64,000 nt of DNA from the human T2T-CHM13v2.0 reference genome, Homo sapiens, in the NCBI RefSeq assembly GCF_009914755.1, contig NC_060947.1. One strand, given 5' to 3'. Below the pieces are notes generated by a model that had not been told where the DNA came from, did not search any database, and was given only the letters and a program-made list of their open reading frames with translations. Each line of letters starts with the position of its first letter. The first letter of the stretch is position 1. A program made the translations under genes and the position numbers. Positions 26,701 through 43,400 of this stretch are shown piece by piece.

Positions 26701-29700
26701 TTGATTCCACAATAAAAGGAAAGAAAGTTTGGATAAATTCTGCCAGAAAAATATTTATTAGCAGACAGCCTTATCACTCAACTTATAAATCAGAAGAAGT
26801 TCCAATTCTGTTGTATATGTGTGTGTTTGTGTGCATGTATGAATCTGCATGTGTGCATGCTTTTCAGAAACCTTGCAAGAAATTTTCTCCCAAGGCAAAT
26901 GTGGCAATACTCCAGTGGTAGGATTGAACTCACCTTCTGTTGACATCCAAGAATAATTTTCATCAAGACCATTTTGGAATTAAGCCTAGAAGATCTTCTC
27001 CAAGGGGGCAGACCACTGGCCCTGCTAGATTTTTGTAAGGGTGGGAATGTGTTTCTAAATTGTGTTAAGTAATTCATATGTCTTGATTAACACTGATTTT
27101 ACCATGGAAATACCATTTCCAAGACCCATTGTACACAGTAAAAAGCCACTATCTTTAGCAATGAAACTTGATTTCTAATATCCATTGTGTTAATTGATGA
27201 AGCATCTACTTTTGATCAGAAATATAGTTTAAGTGCTTGTAGTGACCGCCTCTGGAGTGTTGCCTCATTTTAGTTAAATGCTTGCTGACCATCCTAATAA
27301 GGGCAAGCTACTGTCTTTAGAGTAGAACTTATACTAACAAAGTACCACCACCATTTATGCTGGAAAGATTTTAAAAAACAATACAGACATCACAACAGTG
27401 TTAGACTCCTTTGCTCCTCCATGTCTCTGAATGGAGTGTCCCTTCAAGTTTTGTTTAAAGTTATAATCCTACTTTATATATTTTTTTCAGAGTGTAAAAT
27501 GGTTTTTGTTGTTGTTTTCAGCTTTTTTTCCTTCTCTGACTATGAAGTATGTGGGGCATGCTTACTCATAATGACGCCAGGGCAAGCTTATAAGAACACT
27601 GTAATCACTAACACGAATCCTATTTTAAAGATGAAGAAAGAGATCTCCTAGTCCTACGTTGGGAGTTATTACAGGCATTGAACAAAATTAGTTAGAGCAA
27701 TTTTTTATAATCTCCACCTCCATCTCAGAAAATGTGAACATCTGTTCCATTTCAGGCATATTAAGCACATTGGCATCTATGAAATCTTAGGCCATAGAAT
27801 TTCTTTTTCTTTCTCTTTCAATGACAAGGTCACTCACTATTCATAGTTTCAGGAATTATTGTCCTCATGTCCATCAGTGAAACATAGTACCTCTGCAAAT
27901 CATTTAAAAACCTTATAGGGATTTTTTTTGGTGTTTTTTTTTTTTTTTGGTGGGGGGGTGGGTGGTGGTGGTAGTTAGACCATTTACATACACAGGAATA
28001 ATCTTTAGAAGCTAGAACAAGTTTTTGGATCCCAGAAGGAGAGATGTAGAGTTGTTCTGGGTATATGACTTGCCTCAAATCATTAACTGTTAAATGGTAG
28101 GAACCGAGGCTTCTTATCCCAAATCTTGTGCTCCCTTTGCTATTCTGCTACTTTTTAATCCCCTTAAGACTTCTGAATCTATGTTGCCTGCTGCCCTCTT
28201 AGGGATACAAGAGAAGGAAATAAATATCTATAGAATGACTCCTTTGGACCAGGCATTTTGCTATATGATGGGGTCTCATTTAATTTTAGACATCTTCAGG
28301 AAGGTGCTATTTTATAGATCAGGAAATATAGTCCCAAATGAGTTATATAAAAAGTTATGGCAATCAAGATTTGAGCTAAGCTTCTGGGTGTTTTTTTCAC
28401 TACTTTATACCACAGATATTTTAACTAGTATCAAATTTAAGTGTTTGAGAACTTATAGATTCAAATAATCCAGAAAAGTACCAAATGGCACAACATGTGA
28501 ATTAGAACAGTACTGTAAATACTTCAAACTGTACAAGTCAAGCAAATTTATTTTACAACAATTGCCAGAGGTTGTCATAGCAGAATTGAAAAGCAAAATT
28601 TATTAAGACAATGACATTCAATAATCATAAAATCAAACCATTAAGGTTTTATATATCTAATGTTTATTCATTCAAAGATATATGATCTCTGAAGATAATT
28701 TTATTTGAAAAATCATATCTTGAAAACTTGAGAAAGCATATGATGGCAAATCTGAGACATAAGAAGAAATGTGACTTACTTTTTGAAAACTATAATTTAT
28801 TCAAATTTTATCAATGCAAATTTTTAATTATCACAGTTTTCTGTGATGATATGCCACACTTAAACATACAAAATCAACTTTTAGGATTAAAAAAAGATGA
28901 ACTATACAATTTATCTTTGAACCCTCCTCCAGTTTCATTTTAGGAATCCATTTACTGAATGACAGCCTCTGCCACTAGTCAATTTCACTTATGTGATTCA
29001 TATATACTTGAGAACAAAAAAAAAAAGAAAAAAAAAAAAGGAATGGCCAGCTGCCAAAAACATTTGACAACTATTCAGTAAGTGTTTAGAGGTTAAAAAC
29101 TCCCCCAAACCGGATGTCATACTTAAAACATTTCTACTGTCAGTAAATCTTTTTTCTAGCCAAATCCAATACAGCCACTACCTTCAACTTGAAAAGTGAG
29201 TCTTCAACCTACATTTTCTTAAAAGCTGTGTTATTCTAAAATAATCCCGCAGATTCCTTGCTTCCTCAGTCATTTTAAAGAACATTGAGGGTATTATCCT
29301 CTCATATGTTAAAGAGAAAGGTGCATTTATCTATAACCTTTCCAAACCCTCTTTTCATTCCTGAACATAATGCCATTTTTTCCTTCTTCATCAAGAGTTC
29401 TTAATATTTTAAATTCATATTTTTTATTTGTTAACGCCACAGAGTCCAAACTTCCTTCTTTCCTCTCAAAAATGTTTTTATAAAACATCAAAGCTTTTAG
29501 TTAATTCAATTTAAGAAGAAATATCTGCTGGACTTGTTGATTGACTTCAAGTAACCAAACAACTAGTTGAATGATTGGATCTTGTTTTTTGTTTGTTTGG
29601 TGGAGCATATCTGCCGGGGTCTTTTGAAAGTCATAAGAAAGAGTAACTTAATGACTACATTGCAGATTATAAAGAATTACTACAAAGAGTGTGTATACCA

Positions 29701-30654
29701 GCTGTTTTTCATCTCTGCTGTGAACAGAATTATAGTTGATGCTTAAATTGCAGAGGATTTTGAGAATAAAGCTCAGAATAAGAAATAGACTCTTGTACCA
29801 ACCTATAACTACTTTTAAGCTGTTTATAAATGAAAGTTGAATTTAAATTATCCTAGCCCTATCCTTTAAAAATATTAGCATAATTTTGTTTTTCATGGTT
29901 ATAAAGATGTCAGCTTTTCAAAGTTTCACCAGTCACATGAAGTTCATACACATTAAACTATGTCAATTTATGTTCTTTCTTATATCAAAACAATCTAAGA
30001 TGTACTATCCAAGATGCATATACAGTTGGTAATTGAAAAAGGGAAGACACCTTAGAATCCATATGATTTTGAGTCAAAAAACATTGCTGAATTTAGTATG
30101 GCATCTGGCACTCTACTTCCGGTCTGACAACTTTTCAAATCATGGGTTTGCTTCTGATGGTAAATAAATGCCTAACCCATTACTGCACTGATGCAGACTC
30201 TGGAGAAAGAGAGAAATTAGATATCACTCAAGTGTCCCATTGGTTTGAGGATGGTGCTGCAGATGCTTGAAAGAGGCTTTCTACCAGTATAATCTACTTG
30301 GAAACAACTCCATTATAACTGGGAGATACTAACTTAAGTACTATAAATACATCCAGATGACATAAGGAGATAGAAAACTAACTGATGTCATAGCACCAAT
30401 TCCTAAATTTCATTTAAGATTAATATGGTTATTTCATATATTAGTCTAGGCAAAAATTTATCCCCTTTTTGATAAAAACATGAATTCTTAGCTATTTTAT
30501 TGGGAGTATATCTCCTCTAAGTATTAGGACGATCTATCATGGAGCCGAGGGGGCAAGGTTTAGTTTTTATGATGTTGTGGTCAAATACCTGGCAGATAAC
30601 TGCAGTTGTTTGGTGTCATTGAGACCTCTGCATGCCTATATCCTGTTCTAGAAC

Positions 30655-31158
<504 letters not shown>

Positions 31159-31384
31159 AACCCTAATGTCTTTTCATGAATCACAGTAAGAAGCTACAGT
31201 TCAAGAGTATTCCAAAGGAGCCTTGCTAAACTCTGAACCACAGCTCCTAGTAATTCCTTGAGAAGTCAGAGCAGCATGGAGTCTACATCTCCAAAGCAGT
31301 CTCTCCTGAGAAATGATCCGAGTCTTGAGAAAAATCTCAAAATTAGCTATCGGGTGTGAGTCATGTGATACCAAAATGAAAGGC

Positions 31385-32250
31385 CATTCGTTCATTTCAT
31401 CAACTGATAAACTTGAGCATCTACTAAGCCCCAGTCACATACCTGAGCTAAGGATCTCATAGTCTAAGAGAGAAGATAAGATATAAGCAAAATCATATAA
31501 TACATGGGAAAAATCATCACTTCCAACTGAGGGAAATCAGGCTAACCTTCAAGGAAAACAAGCTAAAAATGCAGCTGCTGATTATTTAGACAATAAGTAG
31601 CCACAGATATTTTTTAAGCCACCATAACACATGATCAGTGGTAAGGTCTGGGAAGGTAAATTTGGTGACTCTCTTCTCCAGAAGGAGAAGGAAATGGAAA
31701 GGGAAGACCACTCAAATATAATTATAACAGCTGAGATATGAGTAGGGCCTAACCTAGAATGGAAATAGAATCCAATAGATTTGTACCAATGAATGGCGAT
31801 GAGATTATTAGTAAAGATAAGGGATAGGTGGAACGCGCATCTGAAGTTTTGACATTAAAGAAATGAGATTTTTATGTTACTAAAATTAAAATGAAATAAA
31901 AGATGAAGAACACAGCTTGAGATGGGAAGCTTGTTACGTTGTGAGCATGTGAAGTGTGAGGTGCATGATGAAGATGCAAATTAAAGTGTTCAGGTTACAG
32001 GTAGGAGTGGGGGACTGTCATAATTCAGGAGAAATAGAACAGGATCATGCATCCAAATTGAGGAGGCATCTACACAGAAGTGATGTTATGGAAGTTGATG
32101 TTATGGAAGGAAAGGATATTTTTAAGGGAAAGTGGGCTGAAAGAAAAATGAAGTGGACCGCAGAAAACATCTTGCAGAAAGACGGTATTTATGGGTTGGA
32201 AGAGAGGTTTCCATGAAAGAAGCAGGGGAATCAGAGACATAATGTTATAT
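31385..32250 (-). mobile_element. L2 LINE fragments (degenerate)
   Basis: cattcgttcatttcatcaac...ttgagcatctact; purine-rich antisense L2 body. Confidence 0.55.
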
Positions 32251-34085
32251 AAGCAAAGGCGATATTTATCTGAAATTTACCAGTATGGGTGGACCAGTTG
32301 TTTACATCTCGTCTGATTTCTGAATGCTCCGTTCTTACTGGTGTTCATATGTTGATATGGCTTTAAAATAATCTTAAGCCTAGAGAAGATATGAGGCAAT
32401 GAATGAGGATCTAATTATTACACAACCCCAGTTGAGGGGAGTTTCAACACTTTGCACTACTTTGTGGCAAACTGGAAAAGAACAGATTACCAGAAAGAAA
32501 ATAGCATATGCCCAAAATAATACTACAATCCACAATCTGGCCTGAGGAGTCCTTCCATTATTAGCCTGTGACTCCTGAACTACCCTTAGTAATACATTTA
32601 TCTCTTAGGAATGTACTATTTATTTGTCTGCATCTCCTGCTAGGCTAGAAACTAATGACCAATATTGTAAAGAAAGTTTAATATCTCATAGGTAATGCAT
32701 GTGAATAGTTAATGAATATTTTAATTAATTATTAACCGATATTATGTACTGACTTTATTGTGTGCTTTCATGATTTCTTACTCAACTAAAGTGTTTACAT
32801 CAATGAGTGGTACAATTATAGATTGTACTGGCCTATGGGCATATAGCTTTTCTATAGCAAATATAATAATTATTTTTGGAGAAAACTAGATTTTGTTTTT
32901 TAAAATGTACAACTATATGCTGGCTAAAGAATAAAGGAAATGCCAAAATATGACACATTTGGTATGATTGTTTTTCTTAAACTTTTTTGCCCTAAAAGCT
33001 GCTGTTTAAAAAACTCTTCTATAGCTGAAGTTTTTATTCCAAGTATCCTATAGTGAAGTTGTTAGTGCCTTATATACCTGTGTTAACTTTACATGTAGCA
33101 AACACTTTTCTGAGTTTGCCCTGAAAAGTTATAATCATAGAATGATTTCTAGATGGCTCAAAATTATCAGACTACTAGAATTAACACACATGTATATATC
33201 TCAGGAAGTGAATTTTAGTGTCCTTGAAGTCAAAAGGATTGTCCCAAAGCCACCCAGAACAATGGTGAAGAATGTCCCTCTATCGTTGATGTTTCATAGC
33301 CCAAATATTTTAAGTTCTATGCTTAATGCAGAGTTCATTTTATTCTGAAATTTATGAGTGTTTCAATTTAACTTGATCTAATCATCAAGTAATACACTGC
33401 CTATCATCAGGGAAGTGCAATAGAGAGCTAAAGACATTGATATTGGTAGACTCAGCATATCAACAGTATTTAAAATTTAAGTGAACTATGAATCTTGATA
33501 TCTTAGTCGAAAAAGGAAATTGACCAAAGAAAGACTATCCGGAAGATAAATGATTTCTTATTCTTAGAAACAACAAGTGAGAAATCTGAGATGGTATATT
33601 AGAAAAATTAAGATAAAGATAACAAATGATTGATAGTAGTCCTCAAATATTTAAAATTTTCTCATGTAAAAAGGGGGAAGAGTAAGGAGAGAAATGAGAT
33701 TTTAGAACTAAGTTTCTTTTACTTACATTCTACTTCTTGATTCTTATGAACAAACTGATTAGCATGATGAAAAATAACTTGGCAATATTTTATGTGTAAG
33801 ATGAGTGGAGACCAGAAAAATAATGTCTTTCTATAATCATTCATTTTAATAATATTCTCCATCCCAATATGCAAGAACTGACTCCTAGTAAAAAATTAAT
33901 TCTCACAAGTTTGGTTTTATTTTCTCCCCAACAGAAAATCAACACAGCACACATAATCTAAAAAATCATTCATTCACAATTAAGTCAGTTGCCGTTTTCT
34001 CTCTCTTTTTTCAACTGGGTAAAATGGCCAAGGGTAGAATCAGTTGAACGTAAGAGCATACTGATATCCAAACATATGGCTTTTA

Positions 34086-34506
<421 letters not shown>

Positions 34507-34623
34507 TCAAAATTCAACCCTTTGTACCTCCAAACTAGTTTTAGAATCATTGAACTCAATGAAACTTAATGAAGGCTTCATTTTTCGGTCTTTCAGAAAT
34601 GGGACATTTGGAGACGTTTATGA

Positions 34624-35022
<399 letters not shown>

Positions 35023-35260
35023 TGAAATTTAATTTTTGCTAGCTCAGAGAAAAGATACTCCATTACTGTATAAAGCATCTCATTTTGTGAGCCTTGACAT
35101 TGAAAGAAACCAAATGAGAGATTTGTACCGGGAAAAAAAAATATTGCTGACATTAGGAGAAGCAAGTCCCAAACTCTATTCAGTGAACTAGTTTCATTTA
35201 ATTTCTGAAAGAGAATCTACTAGGACTTTCTGGACCAAATTTTCCATTCACTCATTTTGA

Positions 35261-36001
<741 letters not shown>

Positions 36002-36834
36002 CAGAAAAGCAAGGGACATCCCGTCCCTGGGAGGTTGAGTGGAATCTGCAGTCCAGTGCCTGGAACTAAATCCTCGACTGCTGCTGTTAAAAAACATGCA
36101 TTAGAATCTCTAGAACACGAGGAAAAACAGGGTCTTGTACATATGTTTTTTGGAATTTCTTTGTAGCATCAGTGTCCTCCTGTTTTACCATGTCTTTTAC
36201 CATTACATTTTTTGACTTTGTTTTATATGTCGTTGGAATTTGTAAATTTACATTTTTTTTAAAGAAGAGACTGATGTGTAGATAGAAAACCCTTTTTTTG
36301 CTTCATTAGTTTAGTTTTAGAATGGGTTTTTATTTTATTTCCTTTTTTAAAATTTTACTTTGCTTTTAACATTTCCTTGGGGTGCTTGGACAAATCTATC
36401 CGATGGGACAAGGAGCACCGGATTCTTTCTCGGGTTCTGCCTAGCATCAACTGGGCCACGTCGGCCTTCAGAGAACAGTGCAACAAATGCCAGCATTGCC
36501 ATTCGGGGGAAAAAAAAAAAAAAAAAAAAAAGATGAGAAGAACACTTGTTCATAGGAGGGCCCCACCAGTCAGAGCCCTGAATCTCTTCCTTGTCCCACC
36601 TCATTCCCCACCTCTACCTTTCTAATGGCGGCATGATGTGTAAACTCTGTGCAGGGGTGGGGGCGGGTCTAACTGTCTTAACATTCAAGTCACTGCTCTT
36701 CAGAATACACTCTAGACCCAAAGGTGTGCTAATCACTTCACAGTGACCACTACAGAGTACTAAGAAGAGAAGATCAAGGGCATGAAATTGGGGAAGAGTG
36801 TTATTTCCGTTTTTTAAATGAGTTGATGTACCCT

Positions 36835-36938
36835 TATATATATATACATATATATATAAATATAAATATATATAAAAACAACAAAACAAAACAAAAAAAG
36901 AAAAAAAAACAAAAAACAAAAACAAAAAAAAAAAAAAA
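36835..36938 (+). repeat. (TA)n plus A-rich low-complexity tract in the 3'UTR
   Basis: Directly visible; ends in an A run of about 15. Confidence 0.9.
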
Positions 36939-37883
36939 TCAAGCCCTATATTTGATCACTTCCTGGAAAGGCATGAATGTGTTTGTGGCTGTTTTTGTTT
37001 AATCTTCTACTTCCTCTTTTCCCTCTATAATTTCTCTGCAAATGAGATTCTGTGCAAATGCCAGGCAAGTTAATTCAAAAGAGTGAATCAACGCAAGTCA
37101 AAATGAAATTTACACTGAAGGCTTCCAAACCAAAGGGAAGGACAGGATGTGTCATCAAATATGTTTTGTCACCTTGTATTATACAAAATGTTATTTTCTA
37201 AAGAGTCAGAGAAAATCTGTGAAACTTATTGTGCGGCCCCCTTGTAATTAAATGTTAACTCCCTTGTATTTAATTTTCAACACTACATTAAGAATTAAGT
37301 GGTTTCAGTTTGTGGACATAAGCAACACTTATTAATATCAAGGTGTTTAAGAACTCAGGAGGTCAAACATATGAATACCAACAGAGATCAGTATTTTCAA
37401 AATAAACATTATTTATACAAAATAGTTTTTAAATTAGATCAGAAAGTATTTAAAATAATTAATTTTACTGTATAAAGAATTTGCTTTATTTTAGCTATGT
37501 AATTCTATCTTTCAGAAAACAGAAAGCTGATGCTCCCAAGAAGTTCATCCCTTACCATTTAGCTTTATGTTTGAAATCAATGACATAAGCAGCTAATTCA
37601 TATTCATGTGAAGGTTGATGCAAAATCAATCACAAAGGAATCTGCAGAGGGCAGAGTTGTTAAAAGGAAATATTACCTATGTAGCTTTTAGTTTTTAAAA
37701 AAAATCAATGTGATAAAAACACTGATAATAGAACTTATACATTAATTTAGTGATTCATTGTAGGAACTCCCATCCCAGTCATCATCTGTGGGCCTGTGTA
37801 GTGACTATCGTACGTTTGGTTTATTCCTACCACCATTTAGTGAGAAAACAATTCTACACTTTTGGTCACAATAGTAAGGTGGC

Positions 37884-37910
37884 CACACACACACACACAC
37901 ACACACACAC
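37884..37910 (+). repeat. (CA)n microsatellite
   Basis: About 13 units. Confidence 0.95.
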
Positions 37911-40028
37911 GTGTAAACTGCAATAGGGTTCATTGGGGAGGGTGAGGTTAATTTGCAAATATATGAAGAAGAAGTGTAAGCATTTGTAACAATGAAAAGG
38001 TCTCAGTATCTGTGTGACAAGGTAAAGGAGCCTTGGGATGTGCATTGATTATTATTTGCTTAAAAATTGTTTATTTCCCTGACAACTCGCCTGTGTCCTT
38101 CTCTATAATCTGTTCTTTATTCCCGTGCTCTCCCCTTGGATCTGTGTCACATTTTCACAAACCAGAACTGAAGCTGCAAGGACACATAAAACTTTAAGGT
38201 CAGCTTTGCACATTGGGTTATTTTCAGAATCTGAGAAGGCCATTGTTTACTTTGTACTATGGACAGCTGTCAGGGACTGGTGGCAGTGTACCTCACTGGA
38301 CTGGATTCCAAACTCCCCCAGTGCTCAGAAAACTGTAAACGTGGCAATGGCCTGATTTATCTCTTTGTTTTTTAATTTTTCTTTTCAGTGCACGATGGAA
38401 GTGTGGAATAAATGTAGAGGAAGTAATCAGACCACAGTCATATTTTAGGCATCCATAGGTGTTAATTTAGCTGCATTGGGAGTGCATTTTTTGTTCTATT
38501 TTTAGTGTAGATTTAAGCACTTTGAATAGCATGATTCAGGGATTGATGGGTAATATTTGATATTCTCACAACTTATGAAACTTCTTTTTCCTCTAATGCT
38601 TTGTCATATTTAAAAAATGAAATAAATGCAAAAGAAGCTATCTATAGCTTTAGAAACATTCCTCCCAAGTATTCCTCTATCAGCTCCATGTGAGAAGAAA
38701 TGAAGGAAACTGTCATGTGTTCACGTGCTCTATGTTTAACAAAAGTTCTGTTAGAACTCACAATAAAAAGAGAAAAAAATCAATGTCCCCTAGTGCTTAG
38801 GTTTCATCCTTCGCTTTTTTCAGTGGGGGCTGTGGGGGATAAGAATATTCTAGTTGTAAAAACACAGTTGAAAGTGTGAATATGTTAGCCAAGCTGGGGG
38901 AGAGAATGGACTTCCAGACTTGGACATACGTGATGTTTGGTATTGCCTGTTTTTCATCAATTGCCGCTCGAGCTCTGAACGACACATTGTGGATTCAAAA
39001 GATCATCCGGTTCTTTAGTGTAACCTCTACTTGCTGCTTATGAGCATCCTACCCCTTATTTGGGTGCTCAAAACTTTTGCTTATTTAATTTGTACTGCAT
39101 TCCTTAGGTCTCCTGTGGGCAGAGAAGACATTTGTATCTCATGTAGACAGCTGATTTAAGTTTAGATCAATTCTATGAAACAAATCTGAGACATGAGTTA
39201 AGAGACCTGAATCTACTATATTTCTATAGCTAAAAACACTCGATTGCTCAAACAGTAAACCACTTTGTGATTATAACTTTCTTCATAGTATATGTATTTG
39301 GACCCTATCAACTTAATCTTAAAATATAGATGCTGGTTTCTTCCATATTTCATTGCTATCTAGCATTTTATAACAAGAATATTAACTGAGAGCCAACCCT
39401 TAAACTGTAAGTCTTGTTTATCCTAGAATAGTCATTAACTTTTCAGATATCATTTATATAAATTAAGATCACCATTTCTAGGAAAACATTGATTCATACA
39501 TTTGTGAATTATTTTTGGATTCTGGAATGATGCCCTAGTTCTCTTTTTTGTAAGGAGTATTTTTTTAATCTTGTGATTAATTTCTTTATTTATTAGGTTA
39601 AGTTTGTAACATTAGTCCCAGAAGAAAGCATATTGAAATTTAAAGGATAGCATCAGCATACAAATGAAATGACTGACTGGAAGTAAGAGAATACACAGAC
39701 ATAGAAGAGGAAAATCCCTTCCTGTCTCTGATCTGAACTTGCTTGGTCATTAATCTCATTATTGACATAGCTGATTAATAGAGGTGAAATATTATTAAAT
39801 AGGTTAGAAATCCCATCTACAGACAGACACACATTCCCTATTGCTGAGGAACTTTTCTAACAGTATATACAGTTATTACCAAAAGATGGTGATGCAACTA
39901 GAATCCCTAAAAGGAGAAGCTTATCAATGGAAACAGAGGCTATTCCTTGCCTTATCATGAATCCTTTACACTTCTTTATTGTTCTGAACAAAGAAGGTAA
40001 CCAATAATCAAAGTTTGATTATCCTTAA

Positions 40029-40185
40029 TAGTAGATCTTAATCTTGGGTTCAAGGATACCTTGTGTCTATAAAAAGGAATAAAATAACAAAGCCCTTGAA
40101 ATTCCAGACAAAATTGTTAATGTGCGTAAAACGGTGTTCGTCTGGGTGTGAGTCTCAAGACATCTAGCACCTAAAAAGCTACTGA
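40029..40185. mobile_element. Possible ancient hAT-Charlie (MER103C-like) remnant
   Basis: Weak resemblance: tcttaatcttgggttcaagga...cccttgaaattccagacaaaatt...tctcaaga. Confidence 0.35.
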
Positions 40186-41078
40186 TGTTTGGATTTAGAA
40201 GATATTCTCAGAAACTGATATTCAGATAAACCCACATAACTTACAGGCATTGTTTTGTCTACCACTGTCTACCTTCATTCATAAAAACTCTGGAGATAAT
40301 TATTGTTCTACTAGAGACAAGTCTCCTTCCAAAATGGCCTGGCTTTGTGGGAGACCCAGCATACTGTAAACAAAAATTTTGTATGATGACAAATAATTCA
40401 TGCTCAGATAAAAACTAATTGGCTATCATTGTTGTGATAATCTTACTCATGTCTTCACCCATTCTAAAAATAGTTTGGGGTGTGTGAAATTATGTCATTT
40501 GGCAATGATGCCTTATTTCAGTAAATTTATTTATGATTTATGTTTAATTATTTTTCCTACAACATAACTAAGAATTCATCCAGTACAGGAAAAGAAGAAA
40601 CAAACATTTGACATGTTTTTCTAAAAAAAAAAAAAGAAAATCCCACCAAGTTTTTTTTTAGGCAAAGATTTAGAAGTGGCTATATATTTGATTTTCAACA
40701 ATTATGATTTTGCCAGTTTCATAACTTATGATATGACTTTGGAGGAATATGAAGAATTTTGAGAATAAAGTTAGGTAGTGGTTATTTAAAGTTTTACTCT
40801 TACTTGCGATTGGTAGCAAGGTGAAAGGTTATTCTATGTTAATAAATTGAGATACTGTCACAAGGAGCTTTAAGATCTAACCAAATTTGAATAAAGCAAG
40901 AGAAGGATGATATGATGATGAGTTAATCCTAATCCTAAATGAATGTGCCTTGTCATCATCAAATTTCCATCACATCCATAGAAAATGGATATAATTTTGG
41001 ATGTAAAAAAATTGGAGCTCAATTCCAATCTTCTATCAAGTATCATTTCTTCCTTCTAGGCTCAGAACATAAAACATG

Positions 41079-41080
<2 letters not shown>

Positions 41081-41118
<38 letters not shown>
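41081..41118 (+). repeat. (TG)n/(TATG)n microsatellite
   Basis: Directly visible. Confidence 0.95.
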
Positions 41119-41119
<1 letters not shown>

Positions 41120-42239
41120 TTCTCTTGCTCATTTGAAAATTTTTCTCTAAATAGCCTCTGGGTCCACTGACAAACTCATGTTTCTGAATTCTTCGTTAAA
41201 GTAAGTAAAGTACTATTGTTTCTTCTACCATTCACTATCTTCATTGATGCATTCCCCGTGGTCCATAAGTGTTTAGCATATTCTCTTTTTAACAAGGGCA
41301 ATCACTCTTAAAAAATCATTACACTATGTTCTCTCCACTACTAAATGAACAGAATCGGAAAAACTGCACATGAACTTGAGAGTATTACATGTAATATTGA
41401 TGTGTAAATTTTAACCTTCATAATCCAGATAACATTAAGTTTCAAAGGGCATGCTGTGTCATTAAAAAAAGATTTAATGTGAAATGACATTATTACATAG
41501 TGCATGAAAATGTGGCAAAGTAATTTGGATCTATCTTTACTAGTCAATGAGAGATTAAATTTGGGGAGATCAGATGTGACCGTTTAGGTTAATTCTCAAC
41601 TGGGATGAAGACATCTTAATGTTAGGATACATGGGTGGTTGTCCATATTCCTTGCAGTATATGCTCCTCTTAACTAGAATCCTTAGTGTATTCTTTCCAC
41701 CAAAGTAGTGGAGGTATGTTCACATAATCTGCTATTGAACTGCAAAAACTTTTACAGTTTCAGAGTTTGAGGGAACCCAAATAGGAAAATTGATGGAGTC
41801 ATTTTCCTCTGCTGGTGTTCAAGTCAGATTTGAAACTCAGACACTCTCAGATCTGTTCAACAGTCAGTAAAAAGTGCATTTTTACATAGTGTTTCCCTTT
41901 AGTTTTGCCTACCCTCTTGATTTTGTACAATCTAGAATGTATGTAACTCATGCGTAGGTGATGGAGGCGCTTTTTTTCTTAGAATACTTACAATTATATA
42001 TTTGGTTTTGCTTTGACTAGCAATAGGAAAATAGACAAATACAAGTGTAAAAATGAGAAATTTTAAACTCAAATTATAATTTGTGTTTTATAGTCGTTTC
42101 ATAAGTCTGTTGCTCTCTATGAGTATGCTCTCTATATATCCTGTAAAAATAAATTTATATGTTACATAGAAATTCAAGAAATTAAATTATTTATTAAGCT
42201 ACAAATGTTTCTTCTGGTTTCTACCTGATCATAAATGAA

Positions 42240-42300
42240 AATAAATTAAATAATGTGTCGTTGGAACATATGTAAGTACGTTTGTTAATTTGATAACTCT
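42240..42300 (+). terminator. Candidate distal polyadenylation site
   Basis: Overlapping AATAAA (42240-42245) and ATTAAA (42245-42250), CA at 42267-42268, then GT/T-rich tgtaagtacgtttgttaatttg; additional AATAAA at 42148 preceded by TGTA. Confidence 0.5.
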
Positions 42301-43400
42301 TGTTAAACTTTTCCTTCCCTCTTTTTATGTCTGTATAAACTTATAATTCTTAGGCCTAATTCCTATTGTGATGGTGAAGAAAGAGACTTAAGAATGCCCA
42401 GTTGGCTGGAAAAAAAGAAAAGAAAAGAAAAACCTTCTTTAAAAATCAAGCCCATTTACAATCCCTTTTTTTTCTTCACTACTGGATTAAGGAGAGGTTT
42501 GAATCAGTAACTCAGTAACTTAAAAGTCATTATCACATTAATGGTTTTCTCAAGGTTAAATTCCACATTTGTCCCTTTATTTTATAAAATTATTTGAGAA
42601 ACAGAAATGAAAGGAATGATAACATGTGAGTCCTTCTTTGCTGTTTCCTTTCCTTACTTCTTGCTCCCCAGGTATTTTATTCCTTTCTTTTTAAGGTACT
42701 ACTCACATAATGACCTTAAAATAAAGTCCCCTCAGGTAACATTTTAAAGTGACCAAGATCTTTAATCATCTTGTTTTTCTGCTCTGTTCGCATCTACTTG
42801 AAGTGCACAGTCAATCCTAAAGGGAAATGTTTTTGGCCTTACTTCTTAAGTTTAAGATAAATAACCTTATTATTTATTTGGGAGGAGGAGAATGGTGGTA
42901 AATCTTTCCATCATAAGCATAACAAGTGAACAACCATAAGCGTCTTAGAATGAATGAGCTGTTTAAGCAGAATGCATATCTTAAAGAAACAGCCTTTTAA
43001 GAAACACTTATCAAAGATGAAGCAGACATGAATCATTATGAAAATTTAAAGTAATAGTTACAAAAGGCCCCGTAAGGTTATTTTAGATTGGATTTCAAAG
43101 TAATTAGCATATTTAAACTTTCTTAAAGCCATTTCTACCTCAGTAGGATTTTTAAATGTGAGAAAATAAACTATTGAAAAAATAAAATGTTATAAGGATC
43201 ATAAATCAGTGTATAATTTGCATAGTACATTTTAAATTGTGAATCATATTATAGCATATGACCCATTATTCAAAATATCAGGAGAGACCTCTATAGTTGA
43301 AGAAAGTTTGGGATTGTTTGTGCACTTCAGACACACACATAAATTCTCAGGAATTTTAATTACATTCATACTATTGACAAGTGGTTAAAAGACTGATATG

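Larger units (their letters stand above)
36002..42268 (+). other. IL1RAPL1: IL1RAPL1 3'UTR; proximal ~0.9 kb is secure, extension to ~42268 is predicted
   Basis: Follows the stop codon; no AATAAA/ATTAAA seen before 37247; no Alu or L1 until 43401; clustered poly(A) signals at 42148-42250. Confidence 0.55.

Noticed and set aside
32081-32109. 15-bp tandem duplication tgatgttatggaag(t)
   Set aside because: Simple slippage inside a decayed L2.
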